A stretch of 44,292 nucleotides of DNA from IMG/VR virus record IMGVR_UViG_3300005573_001627. The stretch is one strand, 5' to 3'. Made by a program: the position numbers and the translations under genes. How positions within the stretch are numbered: position 1 is the first letter of the stretch; the number at the start of each line of letters is the position of its first letter. The stretch is from a virus. Lineage: Duplodnaviria > Heunggongvirae > Uroviricota > Caudoviricetes. Of the stretch, positions 1-9,212 are shown piece after piece. The notes under the pieces are model-generated. The model had not been told where the DNA came from. It ran no database searches and saw nothing but the letters and a program-made list of their open reading frames with translations.

Positions 1-909
1 TCTATAATAAAGTACCGCTCCAGTATTATTCGTCCCAAGTTGATAAGTTATATTCTTTAAATTGATATCTGTTACACTTACATTAACATAAATCCAATTC
101 TGACTCTTATTAGAATTATTTGTTAATGTAGGAGATATATAATCCATTTTAGGATTTGTATTATTTGCATAAATATGATATACAAAGGCTCCTGAACCAT
201 TAACCGAATAAAAATCAAATCCATCACTCCAAAGGCCATATGCTTGAGGAGTTTCTCCAACAATACTTGACCAAGTAAAATTAGCGATTGATGCAAAAGT
301 ATTATTTGCGAGATATAAAATTCCATTACCTTGGTCTACTATTAACCAATGGGTGGAATTAAGTGGATAAAGCCCTTGAGGAAAATTAGTATATGGTATA
401 GGAAATTTATTTACATAAGTTCCGTTAATAAGTACATGATAAATTGTTGCATCTGCATAATCACTAATATAAATATCTGTACTATTACAATACATTCCTT
501 CTACATTTCCATTACCTTCTGCGTTTGCTCCATTTGTGAAACTTCCAGTTGATGTTCCAGTTCCAGCATTATATTTTGTAAATGTTGCTCCATCAATTGG
601 AAGTTCATACCAAGTAGTATCATCTCCACATAAGGCTCTGATACCCCCAATAGAACTAACGGAAGTTACATAGGTTCCATTTTTCCAAAAAATATAAACT
701 TTGGCATCATTTGTATCCGGAAGGAATAAGTGAGTCGCATTTCCCCAAACAGCAACTACATTAGCACCCCCAACTGCTACACTAGAAAAACCATCAGTTA
801 TATTAACAAAGTCTAATGCAGATACTGTTGAGAAGAGAGTTAAGACTAATACTGCGCAAACGATTAGAAATATGAGATTCTTCGCTCTCATTTTATTTGA
901 TTTACCCAT
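1..909 (-). CDS. Secreted glycoprotein, 3'-truncated by window edge (signal peptide, beta-propeller-like segment, start of Ig-like domain)
   Basis: Not in the ORF track because it runs off the left end; manual translation MGKSNKMRAKNLIFLIVCAVLVLTLFSTVSALDFVNITDG...QNWIYVNVSVTDINLKNITY is open to base 1; many N-X-S/T sequons; alternative ATG at 891. Confidence 0.85.
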   Translation of the reverse strand, partial: MGKSNKMRAKNLIFLIVCAVLVLTLFSTVSALDFVNITDGFSSVAVGGANVVAVWGNATHLFLPDTNDAKVYIFWKNGTYVTSVSSIGGIRALCGDDTTWYELPIDGATFTKYNAGTGTSTGSFTNGANAEGNGNVEGMYCNSTDIYISDYADATIYHVLINGTYVNKFPIPYTNFPQGLYPLNSTHWLIVDQGNGILYLANNTFASIANFTWSSIVGETPQAYGLWSDGFDFYSVNGSGAFVYHIYANNTNPKMDYISPTLTNNSNKSQNWIYVNVSVTDINLKNITYQLGTNNTGAVLYYR

Positions 910-932
910 CTTGTCAGTGTTTAAAATAAAAT

Positions 933-1247
933 TTATATTCCGCCAAATTCCATTCTACTGCTGATAAGTCGTGAAACTCCACCAATAAGAACGGCTAGGA
1001 CAATATAGGGTAAATACAAATCAATTGCAAGACAGGCCAGAGTATTTGATGGTAACGAATTATTATAACTTAATGAGTCGTTTGCAATCCCATTATACTT
1101 ATAACCGCTACAATTCAAATTATCTGATTGTTGCGCTATATTCAAAATTGCATTTAATGCTGGTATTAATGCTACCAACACCGCAATTGTCATCAATAAG
1201 AACAAAAGATTAATCATAATCATTTGTCCTTTAGTATTGTCTATCAT
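933..1247 (-). CDS. Two-TM-helix protein with class III (KGQ) signal-like N-terminus; putative minor capsid protein / capsid paralogue
   Basis: NTKGQ followed by hydrophobic helix, Cys-Cys loop with sequons, second hydrophobic helix; GGAGG RBS at 1258-1262. Confidence 0.6.
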   Translation of the reverse strand: MIDNTKGQMIMINLLFLLMTIAVLVALIPALNAILNIAQQSDNLNCSGYKYNGIANDSLSYNNSLPSNTLACLAIDLYLPYIVLAVLIGGVSRLISSRMEFGGI

Positions 1248-1263
1248 CTCTTTTAAACCTCCT

Positions 1264-4200
1264 TTAAATGAATTTAAACTTGGATTTAGATTTACCAGTA
1301 ATTGGACTAGTTAAAGATAGTCCCCTGCTCTTTGATGGAGGTAAACCAATTGTTCTTTGTTTGGCTAATCTTGCAGCAATACCTACTCTAGTAATCTCTC
1401 TCTTCTCTCCAAGGGTAGTAATTCTTTTTGTTCTTCTCTGAATAAATACTCCTGCTTCTGGTCGCTTAGGTGCTCTAAAATATTCTTGTATCACCGCAGA
1501 TGAAATAGTCCTTCCAGTTCTTTTAATTGGTTTTACAGATGGAACTATCTTGAATGTCGCTCGCGCAGTTTGAAGAACTTCTTTTGCTCCTATAGCAATT
1601 GCTTCTGGTTTCGTATAAGCATATTGAGTAAGTGGTTTGAACTTTCCCTTCTTTCTAACTAAGACTTGGTATCCTGCTTTTTTGATTATCTTTTTCTTTT
1701 TCTTTCGAGGAGTCCCTTCACCCCATAAAAAAGGAATACCAATTGAGGGTCCTGGAACAGGTTCAGGTGTTGGAGTTGGTGTAGGAGTAGGAACAGGTGT
1801 CGGAGTAGGTATTGGTTGAGGTTGAGGTTGAGGTACCGGTTGTGGAACTGCTAATGGTTGTGGTTGAGGTTGAGGCTGTGGTTGAGGCTGTGGTTGAGGT
1901 TGAGGTACCGGTTGGGGGAATGCTAATGGCATTGGTTGAGGTAATGCAGTTGGTTGAGGGGCTGCGTAGGGTTGTGGTGTTGGTGAAGGAGTAACTGTTG
2001 GTAATGAAGTTATACCATATAAAGGAATTGGAGAAATACTCAATTCAGGAGTAGGAGTTGCAGATATTCTAAATTCTGAAACCGGCATAATTGACGGAGT
2101 CGGAGTTGGTTTTACAGTTGGAATGACTGGCACACCTAATCCTGTAGAAAGTACTGATGTGGCCCTAACTTGGAAAGGAGGCATTTCAACTTTTGTAGGA
2201 CTAATATATTCTGCAGAAACCATTTGGCTTATTGATGGTTCTTGCGTTCTTGTATATGTAGGCCCAATCACTTCTTTTACTACTCCACTAATCCCTGCTC
2301 CTTCTGTTTGTTTAAGGTATCTTCCCATTGTCTCTGTAATACTTGCAGACCTATCATTTCTCCAAGCAGCCTGTACTTGTCCCTTTACCCAATTACGAGA
2401 GATGTCATCTAATGAATTAAATCTTTCTTGATTAGTACTAGATAATTTATTAAAAGTATTTTCCCATTTTGTTTCTAATTTTTCTTCAGGGGTTGGTCCA
2501 GTAGTTTTATAATATGCGCTTAATGGAATTGAAGGAACTTTCTTTACCGTAAATGGTGCTTCTTTATAAAAGATGAATGGACTTCCTTCTACTCCTCTTT
2601 GAGATAACTTTATCATTTCAGGAGTTTCTGTATATGTGAATCTTCTTGCTTCAGTTGTAGGAGTTTCAGCAATTTGTATTTGTTTTATTCCTTTTAATAA
2701 AACATCTTTATCAAATTTATAATTCCTTCCTGCGTAAGCCATCTTGTTATAGGATTGAAGTGGTGTCTTAATATCCTTAGTTTCAACCAAACTATAAGCC
2801 CCAACATTTGGTTGTAATATCCCCCCTTGAGTTAAATCATAAAATAATGGATTTGCAGAATGAATATCAGTAACAAGATATTTCATTTTAACTCCCATTA
2901 ATTGAACTTGATTAAGATTATCTAATGAAAAAGCATTTCCTTTATCATCAATAACATATTGCCCTTCATTATATTTAGTAAACAATAATTCTTTTACAGG
3001 AACTTTAATCTGTTGATTTGAACTTTTAACTTCATTTAATTTCCCAACTGACCTATAAGTACCATCACTTGGCAAATATTTTCTATTCCATTCTATTTGT
3101 TTAACATTTTCAATTTCATATTTATTTGTTAAACTATTAAAGATATTATTATTTGCTTCAGTATCTGGTAATGTTTTTGCTGGCTTTCCTGGAGCATATT
3201 CATAAATAGTTGTTTTAATTTTTCCAGTAGGGTCATAAGACCGATGTCTAATATATTTATTCCCAGAAGCATCATCGGCAATAGTAGTATCAGAAGTTTT
3301 CTCTACTTTTTTCAAGGTTGAAAAATAATCTTTTACTTTACCTGTCTTTGTATATTCTACTTTTTCTCCATACCAATAATCCCCCCCAAATCCTTTCTTT
3401 GCGGCATCTACAATCTGAGGATTATCCTTTTCAAATTTTTGGAATGTTGTAAAATCCCCATATTTAAATCTATCACTTACTTTAGAAATAGGAGTCTCAG
3501 TAGAAATAAATTTACCTTGAGTATATATTGTAGGTTTAGAACCGGGGTAATATAATCCTCCTAATTTTGCACCTTCAACTCCCACACCTGATAATTCAAA
3601 TGGTATTCCTTCTACGGTCCATTTAATTATCCCTGGCCCTAATTTTCCTTGGATAATCTTCTCAGGCGTTGTACCAGTTGTTAAAAAAATGGTTCCAGGA
3701 GTTCTTATAGTTCCTATCTTTTTCCCTTCTGTACCAATTATTGGGGTTTCTCTATAAATAGAATATTTAACAGGGGTTGCTTCAGTCTTTAATAATTCTA
3801 TACCCGCGGCTTTCTTTAATAGAATATCTTTGTCTTCTGCAGGTAATCTAGATAATAAAGTTCGTACTTGAGTTTCTGTATATCCTGATGTTTGAGTTAA
3901 TTCTTTTACTAATCTTTTATATTGGGCCTGTTGGTCAGACTTACTTAATGGTTCATCTCTTACACGAATAACAAGTTCTTGACTACCAGAAACTATTCTT
4001 AAGATATCTTTAGGCATAGTGGTTCTTAATAACTTTGCGGCTTGGTCATAAGTATATCCTCTTTGGGTAACTAAAGCATCCAACATCTTTGTATAATTCT
4101 TAGCAGCATCTTCAGTTGTAACTTGTATATATTTCCCTTCTCCAAATCCTGCCTTTAATGGCACTGGCATCATACTTGTTGGAACAGTAGTAGTTGGAGT

Positions 4201-6480
4201 TGGACTCCATTGAATACCATATTTTCCAAAAAGGCTCCGTACTTGGTCTTGCCATTTTTGATAAGAAACTAAAGTTTTTCCTCCAAGGGTTTGTCTAGAA
4301 GCAACTGTAAAATCTTGCCCCCTTTTGAAAATATAACCTTTATCTGTTTTGGTGATATCCCAAGTAGGTTTCTCAGTTCCCTTACCAGGAATCTCTCTCC
4401 ATTCTTTTCCTAAGGATGGTTTTTGGAATTTTAATTCTTCAAATCTTCTCTGAGTTTCATATTTATATGTCAATGGGATTCCTACTGCGGCCCCACCCCC
4501 TACCGCTGCTCCTATTGCATAAGGCGTAGCAAGCGCTTGCCAAAATGTTTCTTCTGGTCTCTTTGCTTCCATTGCTCCAGAAATCCAACTAGGAACCGCT
4601 ATAGAAGCAGTTGGTATAATTACTTGAGAAGGTTTTATTGTATATTCACTTAATGGAATAGGTTTTCCACCTTTAGTAACTTGGGGCCCTTCTTTTGCCT
4701 TAAATGCGGCTAAGGCCAATCCAGTTTTAAGTGCTCCACTTCCTAATTGTTTTACATTTAAGGTTTCGGCTCCTAAAGTTAATTCTCCTGCCCCACTTAG
4801 CCCTAATGTCCCAAGACGATAAGTTCCAAGATAAGGTATTCCAAAAGAAGCAATATCTCCTGCATACCACAATCCGCCTACTCCAAATTGCCCTAATTTA
4901 TTTATATCTCTCCTTTGTGCAAATTCTTGTCTTACTGTTTGGTATTCACCATATCGAATCATATTCTGCCAAGTTGGACTTTCTACTATTTCTTTTGTTT
5001 TGGCTAAATAATCCGCTTCACTTATTTTACCTGCAGAATAATCAGATTGGGCCTTGTCATATTGTTCAAGTAATTTTGGATATCCCTTCTCTGCTTGACC
5101 CATAACTCTACGATATGCTAAACTTTCTCCCCAATATTTTGGAGCCTCGGCGTATTGCCAAGGAGATAATGCAGAATAAACTGCTCTGGCTCCAAGTTCT
5201 GCAGTTTTTAAATCGGACCTTAATGGTTCTGGATATGCTTTAAATTCTCCAGTAGGTATTGCAGACTTCATTATCTCTGTAGGTTTCTCTACCGGCAACG
5301 TTGTCTTTGTTAAAGGATATAATGCTAATTCTCCAATCACCCCACTGGACTCTCCAATAAATCCGGCAAGCCTCCCTGGAATAGATAATAAATCTGGAAC
5401 AGTTTTTCCAATTCCTTGTCCTGGTTGATACTTTCTACCTAAATCATATTTATCTGTAGCAAGGTATTTTTCATATTTTAAGAATTCTTTCCAAGCCGAT
5501 TCTGGTTTTTCATATGGTAATGGAGCACCAAATGCTCCGCCTTTCTGCGCCTGAGCGATTTCCCAATAAGGTTGAATTTGTTTATTATAATCTTTTTCAA
5601 ATTCATTAACCCATTGTTGATACATTTTATTTCCTTCTTGTTGGCCATAGATTCCTATTAATTGAGTTCTTATTTCTCCTAATGCTTCATTTCCTGATTT
5701 TAATAAAGGAGCATCTAGTTGTTTTTGTTTTTCATATTCTGCAGGAGTTATTGCTTTAGTTCTGGCCCAATCTTCAGGATGAAGAACTCCTACAACCCCC
5801 ACAGTAATCTTATCTAAATTTTTAGAAATATAATCATCTAATTTGTAAATCTTTTGTTGTTGATTGACATAATCACTTAAATCAAGTTTCCATCCTTCTT
5901 GTTCAGCCTCTTTAGTTGTTGATTTTGCTGCGGCCAATAAAGCAGTATCTCTAGCGGCGCCAATATTAATTAATTCATCATAACTTTGTTGGAATGATTG
6001 TGCATATTTTTCTTGAGGAGTTGTTGGTGTAGGGGTTGTAAGAGTAGTAGTAACTATAGGTGTAGGAGTAGGAGTCGGAGTAAGTGTAGGTGTTGTAACT
6101 TTTACTTGTTCAACCGTAGTCTTTGGCGGAGTTGGCGTGGTAGAAGGAATTTGAGTAATTTGAATTTCTGGAACTGGTTCTTTTACTATAGTCACTGTTC
6201 CATCTTTAGAAGTATATTTTATTTCAGGTTCAACAGTTATTTTTATTTTACTTTCTTTTTTAGGAGATACTCCTCCAGGTAAATAACCCTTTAAGGCTAC
6301 ATCTGCTGCTTTATATGCCTCAGTTACTTTAGGAGAAACTGGTGCTCCTCCAGGAAGTATTCCTCCAAGAGATACATCTATATTTTTATAAGCCTGAGAA
6401 GCCGCTTGAGATAATTTCTGGGCTCCACTACTTATCGGGGAAGTAACCACCTTCGCTATTTCTTTTATATTTATCGCCAT
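1264..6480 (-). CDS. 1738-aa basic Pro/Thr/Lys-rich protein; putative internal virion / genome-delivery protein
   Basis: Long ORF, no signal peptide, central Gly/Ala-rich hydrophobic stretches, PT/PQ linkers, very basic C-terminus; function inferred from position in virion module. Confidence 0.55.
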   Translation of the reverse strand: MAINIKEIAKVVTSPISSGAQKLSQAASQAYKNIDVSLGGILPGGAPVSPKVTEAYKAADVALKGYLPGGVSPKKESKIKITVEPEIKYTSKDGTVTIVKEPVPEIQITQIPSTTPTPPKTTVEQVKVTTPTLTPTPTPTPIVTTTLTTPTPTTPQEKYAQSFQQSYDELINIGAARDTALLAAAKSTTKEAEQEGWKLDLSDYVNQQQKIYKLDDYISKNLDKITVGVVGVLHPEDWARTKAITPAEYEKQKQLDAPLLKSGNEALGEIRTQLIGIYGQQEGNKMYQQWVNEFEKDYNKQIQPYWEIAQAQKGGAFGAPLPYEKPESAWKEFLKYEKYLATDKYDLGRKYQPGQGIGKTVPDLLSIPGRLAGFIGESSGVIGELALYPLTKTTLPVEKPTEIMKSAIPTGEFKAYPEPLRSDLKTAELGARAVYSALSPWQYAEAPKYWGESLAYRRVMGQAEKGYPKLLEQYDKAQSDYSAGKISEADYLAKTKEIVESPTWQNMIRYGEYQTVRQEFAQRRDINKLGQFGVGGLWYAGDIASFGIPYLGTYRLGTLGLSGAGELTLGAETLNVKQLGSGALKTGLALAAFKAKEGPQVTKGGKPIPLSEYTIKPSQVIIPTASIAVPSWISGAMEAKRPEETFWQALATPYAIGAAVGGGAAVGIPLTYKYETQRRFEELKFQKPSLGKEWREIPGKGTEKPTWDITKTDKGYIFKRGQDFTVASRQTLGGKTLVSYQKWQDQVRSLFGKYGIQWSPTPTTTVPTSMMPVPLKAGFGEGKYIQVTTEDAAKNYTKMLDALVTQRGYTYDQAAKLLRTTMPKDILRIVSGSQELVIRVRDEPLSKSDQQAQYKRLVKELTQTSGYTETQVRTLLSRLPAEDKDILLKKAAGIELLKTEATPVKYSIYRETPIIGTEGKKIGTIRTPGTIFLTTGTTPEKIIQGKLGPGIIKWTVEGIPFELSGVGVEGAKLGGLYYPGSKPTIYTQGKFISTETPISKVSDRFKYGDFTTFQKFEKDNPQIVDAAKKGFGGDYWYGEKVEYTKTGKVKDYFSTLKKVEKTSDTTIADDASGNKYIRHRSYDPTGKIKTTIYEYAPGKPAKTLPDTEANNNIFNSLTNKYEIENVKQIEWNRKYLPSDGTYRSVGKLNEVKSSNQQIKVPVKELLFTKYNEGQYVIDDKGNAFSLDNLNQVQLMGVKMKYLVTDIHSANPLFYDLTQGGILQPNVGAYSLVETKDIKTPLQSYNKMAYAGRNYKFDKDVLLKGIKQIQIAETPTTEARRFTYTETPEMIKLSQRGVEGSPFIFYKEAPFTVKKVPSIPLSAYYKTTGPTPEEKLETKWENTFNKLSSTNQERFNSLDDISRNWVKGQVQAAWRNDRSASITETMGRYLKQTEGAGISGVVKEVIGPTYTRTQEPSISQMVSAEYISPTKVEMPPFQVRATSVLSTGLGVPVIPTVKPTPTPSIMPVSEFRISATPTPELSISPIPLYGITSLPTVTPSPTPQPYAAPQPTALPQPMPLAFPQPVPQPQPQPQPQPQPQPQPLAVPQPVPQPQPQPIPTPTPVPTPTPTPTPEPVPGPSIGIPFLWGEGTPRKKKKKIIKKAGYQVLVRKKGKFKPLTQYAYTKPEAIAIGAKEVLQTARATFKIVPSVKPIKRTGRTISSAVIQEYFRAPKRPEAGVFIQRRTKRITTLGEKREITRVGIAARLAKQRTIGLPPSKSRGLSLTSPITGKSKSKFKFI
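1760..2000 (-). repeat. Low-complexity (PQ)n/(PT)n coding repeat
   Basis: ggttgaggttgaggctgtggttgagg... encoding PQPQPQ / PTPTPT. Confidence 0.9.
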
Positions 6481-6486
6481 TTTATA

Positions 6487-6702
6487 TTACATTATGAATC
6501 TTCTTTTAGGTTGTACAAGTCTTGCTCGTGCTAATCTGTTTTGGACCTGTTGAACATTCTTCTTAGAGTTCTTTATCCTTTTTGCTTCTTCCTCATCGAA
6601 TCCTGCTTTCATTTGTTGGATTGCCATCTCTGCATCTATAGGAACTCGGGTGTTTGAAGTTTGCCCAGGATATCCAAAGGTTTTAAATGATGCTGTTCCC
6701 AT
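6487..6702 (-). CDS. Hypothetical protein (71 aa)
   Basis: ORF tightly packed between co-oriented genes. Confidence 0.7.
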   Translation of the reverse strand: MGTASFKTFGYPGQTSNTRVPIDAEMAIQQMKAGFDEEEAKRIKNSKKNVQQVQNRLARARLVQPKRRFIM

Positions 6703-6709
6703 TTTGTTT

Positions 6710-6892
6710 TTACCACCATTTGAATAATCTTATAGGGATTATTTTTGGTGCCTCCTTCTCTTTAATTTTCATCTTTTTCAATTTCCTTTTGGGAATTGAT
6801 AGAGACCATTGACCATTATTCTTATTAATAAAAACGGGAACTTTCAAATCAAGAAATATATCTTTATCACCAATCTTTCCTTTAGGTTTCAT
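6710..6892 (-). CDS. Small basic AbrB/SpoVT-like DNA-binding protein
   Basis: FINKNNGQWSLSIPKRKL resembles swapped-hairpin motif; first gene after a TATA promoter. Confidence 0.45.
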   Translation of the reverse strand: MKPKGKIGDKDIFLDLKVPVFINKNNGQWSLSIPKRKLKKMKIKEKEAPKIIPIRLFKWW

Positions 6893-6913
6893 ATTACTAG
6901 TAAAGAAGGAGTT

Positions 6914-6931
6914 ATCTTTATAAACATAGTC
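6914..6931 (-). promoter_or_regulatory. TATA-containing promoter GACTATGTTTATAAAGAT (leaderless, for 6892 gene)
   Basis: TTTATAAA about 25 bp upstream of ATG; 17/18 identical to the two boxes upstream of the capsid gene. Confidence 0.7.
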
Positions 6932-6946
6932 GGCTCGTCGTCCATT

Positions 6947-6971
6947 AAAAAATAAAAAAAATAAAAAAAAA
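6947..6971 (-). terminator. Archaeal oligo-T terminator
   Basis: 25-nt A-rich run on + strand (T tracts on - strand) directly after the stop at 6972. Confidence 0.65.
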
Positions 6972-7214
6972 TTAAAAGGGAAACCCTCTTTCTTTTCGAT
7001 TCTTAAATTCTCTGAAGGCTTTTTCTATTGGTGCGTTAATAAGCATTTCCAAATCTTCAAAGAGCAATGCTAACTGATTAAAGTCTTTTGGATTAATTAC
7101 TTTAACATAATCATCCGGAGCATATGCCCTTTTCTTTCTGGTACGGATTTTGAAAGACATCTTGTTTCCTTCTTTATTCTTTGCTATCAAGACTTTTTCA
7201 TTATTCCCTTCCAT
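6972..7214 (-). CDS. Hypothetical protein (about 80 aa)
   Basis: ORF; ATG at 7214 chosen to avoid overlap with the upstream gene. Confidence 0.7.
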   Translation of the reverse strand: MEGNNEKVLIAKNKEGNKMSFKIRTRKKRAYAPDDYVKVINPKDFNQLALLFEDLEMLINAPIEKAFREFKNRKERGFPF

Positions 7215-7218
7215 CTTC

Positions 7219-7965
7219 TTATCCTCTAGAGAAAAAGAAGAAAAGTAACGCTCCAATTACAAGTATCGCGATTAAGATTATTAATCCACGATTCACTGCT
7301 TTTGCAGCAGTCTGAACTTGTGCCTTAAGAGCAGCCTTGATTAGGAATTCATCGCTGTCTGTTGAATCTCCCCTTTTCCTTATTTCATCTAAATCTAAAT
7401 TAGATATTGGCCTTCTATCTATTTCTTTTATAGCAAGTAACTTATACCATTTAAATCCAATCTTGGTTGTCCATACAGCCCTTGGGTCAAATTCATAAAC
7501 CTTATTTTTTATGATGACCATATTGCCTCCATAAATTGGAACTATAAAAGTTTCTAATTCTCCTTTTATTGTAAAATAAAAGACCAGAACCAATTCTTTA
7601 AACTTAGATGCTTTCTTTATTTTACTCTTCCAAGAGTATGGCCATTTCCAAGGTCTGCTTCTCCTTTGCGTATCTTGTTTCATCTCACCATACTTTCGTT
7701 CATCTAGTAATTCATTCAACATCTGAGTGACTGAAGGTTTGTGCTTATTTTCTTCAACGTAATCTCTGATATCCTTTCCGCGCTTTGGAAGGGAGATTAT
7801 AGGTTTTCTGAAAAAAGACGGACGTGTTGGCGGGGTCACTGGTTGTTGCTGGGGTACAGGGGCGGGGGCCTGTAATGATTCATCTATAAATTCTGTTTCA
7901 TCTGTATCAGACTTTATAGGTTTAGGCATCCTTACCCTTTTTCCGTTATCATCTAAATATTCCAT
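7219..7965 (-). CDS. Membrane-anchored protein (C-terminal TM), putative assembly/egress factor
   Basis: 248-aa ORF ending GLIILIAILVIGALLFFFFSRG. Confidence 0.7.
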   Translation of the reverse strand: MEYLDDNGKRVRMPKPIKSDTDETEFIDESLQAPAPVPQQQPVTPPTRPSFFRKPIISLPKRGKDIRDYVEENKHKPSVTQMLNELLDERKYGEMKQDTQRRSRPWKWPYSWKSKIKKASKFKELVLVFYFTIKGELETFIVPIYGGNMVIIKNKVYEFDPRAVWTTKIGFKWYKLLAIKEIDRRPISNLDLDEIRKRGDSTDSDEFLIKAALKAQVQTAAKAVNRGLIILIAILVIGALLFFFFSRG

Positions 7966-7978
7966 AATTATTTATCAA

Positions 7979-8464
7979 CTAACTTTGTTCAGGAGCCTCC
8001 CTCGGACCACCTCCACCAAACAATGTCCATTTCTTTTTGGCCTGTGCAGGTTCTCCATAGAACGCACCGCCAGAGATAGACCTTGTAGTGAACTTCCTTT
8101 GTGAAACGAACAGTTCAGTAAACCATCCCTTTTTGGATGCCGAAGTCGCTAATATTATTTCTGATGAATTCTTAAAGAATTGTCCAAATTTATTATGATG
8201 AAAAGTCTTTCCAAGTAAATCTAAATACTGTGCGTCTCTCACACTCACAAGTGGTCTCCCTAATTCAGGCATACTCAAGTTTGCTACTTTACTGCTATCA
8301 GGTGCTTTCCATACTTTTTGGAAAAGCGTATAAAGGCTATCTTGTTTTCTCCTTTGAGGAACTTCAGCCCACTCTACACTTTCTACTTGTTCTCCCTGCT
8401 CTTCTAAGTTATCCTGCTGTTCGCTATAATCCTCTTGGTCGAGGAATTCTTCTTCTGTAACCAT
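7979..8464 (-). CDS. Hypothetical protein (161 aa, acidic N-terminus)
   Basis: ORF with GGAGG RBS near 8480. Confidence 0.75.
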   Translation of the reverse strand: MVTEEEFLDQEDYSEQQDNLEEQGEQVESVEWAEVPQRRKQDSLYTLFQKVWKAPDSSKVANLSMPELGRPLVSVRDAQYLDLLGKTFHHNKFGQFFKNSSEIILATSASKKGWFTELFVSQRKFTTRSISGGAFYGEPAQAKKKWTLFGGGGPREAPEQS

Positions 8465-8495
8465 CTAGTTAATTCATTACCTCCTTTCAAAATAT

Positions 8496-9161
8496 TTACT
8501 CCCAATTATCTCCGCTGAAGACTGCTCCGGCTTTTTCAGTCAGACCAGTTTCCTCTGCGACTTTATATCCTGCAGCCACTTCAAAGATTAATCCAAGGCC
8601 TATACAAACATATGATATAGACCGAGTATACAAATCGGATAAATTGGCGAAACCATAAATCATTACATAAATTCCAGTAACAATAAAAAGCGCACCGCTT
8701 ACAAAACCAATATATTCATTTTGGAAAAGTATTCCCAAAGCCAAAACGATAACTGAACCTAATGCTAGTATTAAAAAAAGAGTACTCGTTCGATTGTCTC
8801 CTGTTTGATTAATCCTAAAATAAAATATCTCTGAACCACTATTTATTCCATCAGAACAACTCATTGAACATCTGTAAATTCCATTTGGCCAATCAGTATA
8901 AGGAATCTCTACAAAATAATAAGTAGGTGTTCCTATCATCAAACTATTATTTAAAATAGGTATGGTTTGGTTAGAAGCAAAGATTGTTAGATAACAAGAA
9001 AATGCAGAAGTATTACAATAGGCTCCGTTATAAAAACATTCTCTAGTTACATTAAATGGTTCTCCGTGCGTATAAAAATAAGAAATATCATCATTAGATA
9101 CTGCGCTGGCTAATCCAATTAAAAACATTGATACAATTATTGTTAACCATATTTTCTTCAT
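8496..9161 (-). CDS. Membrane glycoprotein: signal peptide, Cys-containing beta-rich ectodomain, three C-terminal TM helices
   Basis: MKKIWLTIIVSMFLIGLASA signal; sequons; hydrophobic C-terminal segments; GGAGG RBS near 9173. Confidence 0.8.
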   Translation of the reverse strand: MKKIWLTIIVSMFLIGLASAVSNDDISYFYTHGEPFNVTRECFYNGAYCNTSAFSCYLTIFASNQTIPILNNSLMIGTPTYYFVEIPYTDWPNGIYRCSMSCSDGINSGSEIFYFRINQTGDNRTSTLFLILALGSVIVLALGILFQNEYIGFVSGALFIVTGIYVMIYGFANLSDLYTRSISYVCIGLGLIFEVAAGYKVAEETGLTEKAGAVFSGDNWE

Positions 9162-9212
9162 CTCTTTTCATCCTCCTTTATTTTGTGTATCATCTTTTCT
9201 TTATAAAGTTAG

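Noticed and set aside
7066-7095. NQLALLFEDL in the 6972-7214 protein as another tag copy
   Set aside because: Spacing differs (ALLFED, not ALxEL) and it lies in the late module
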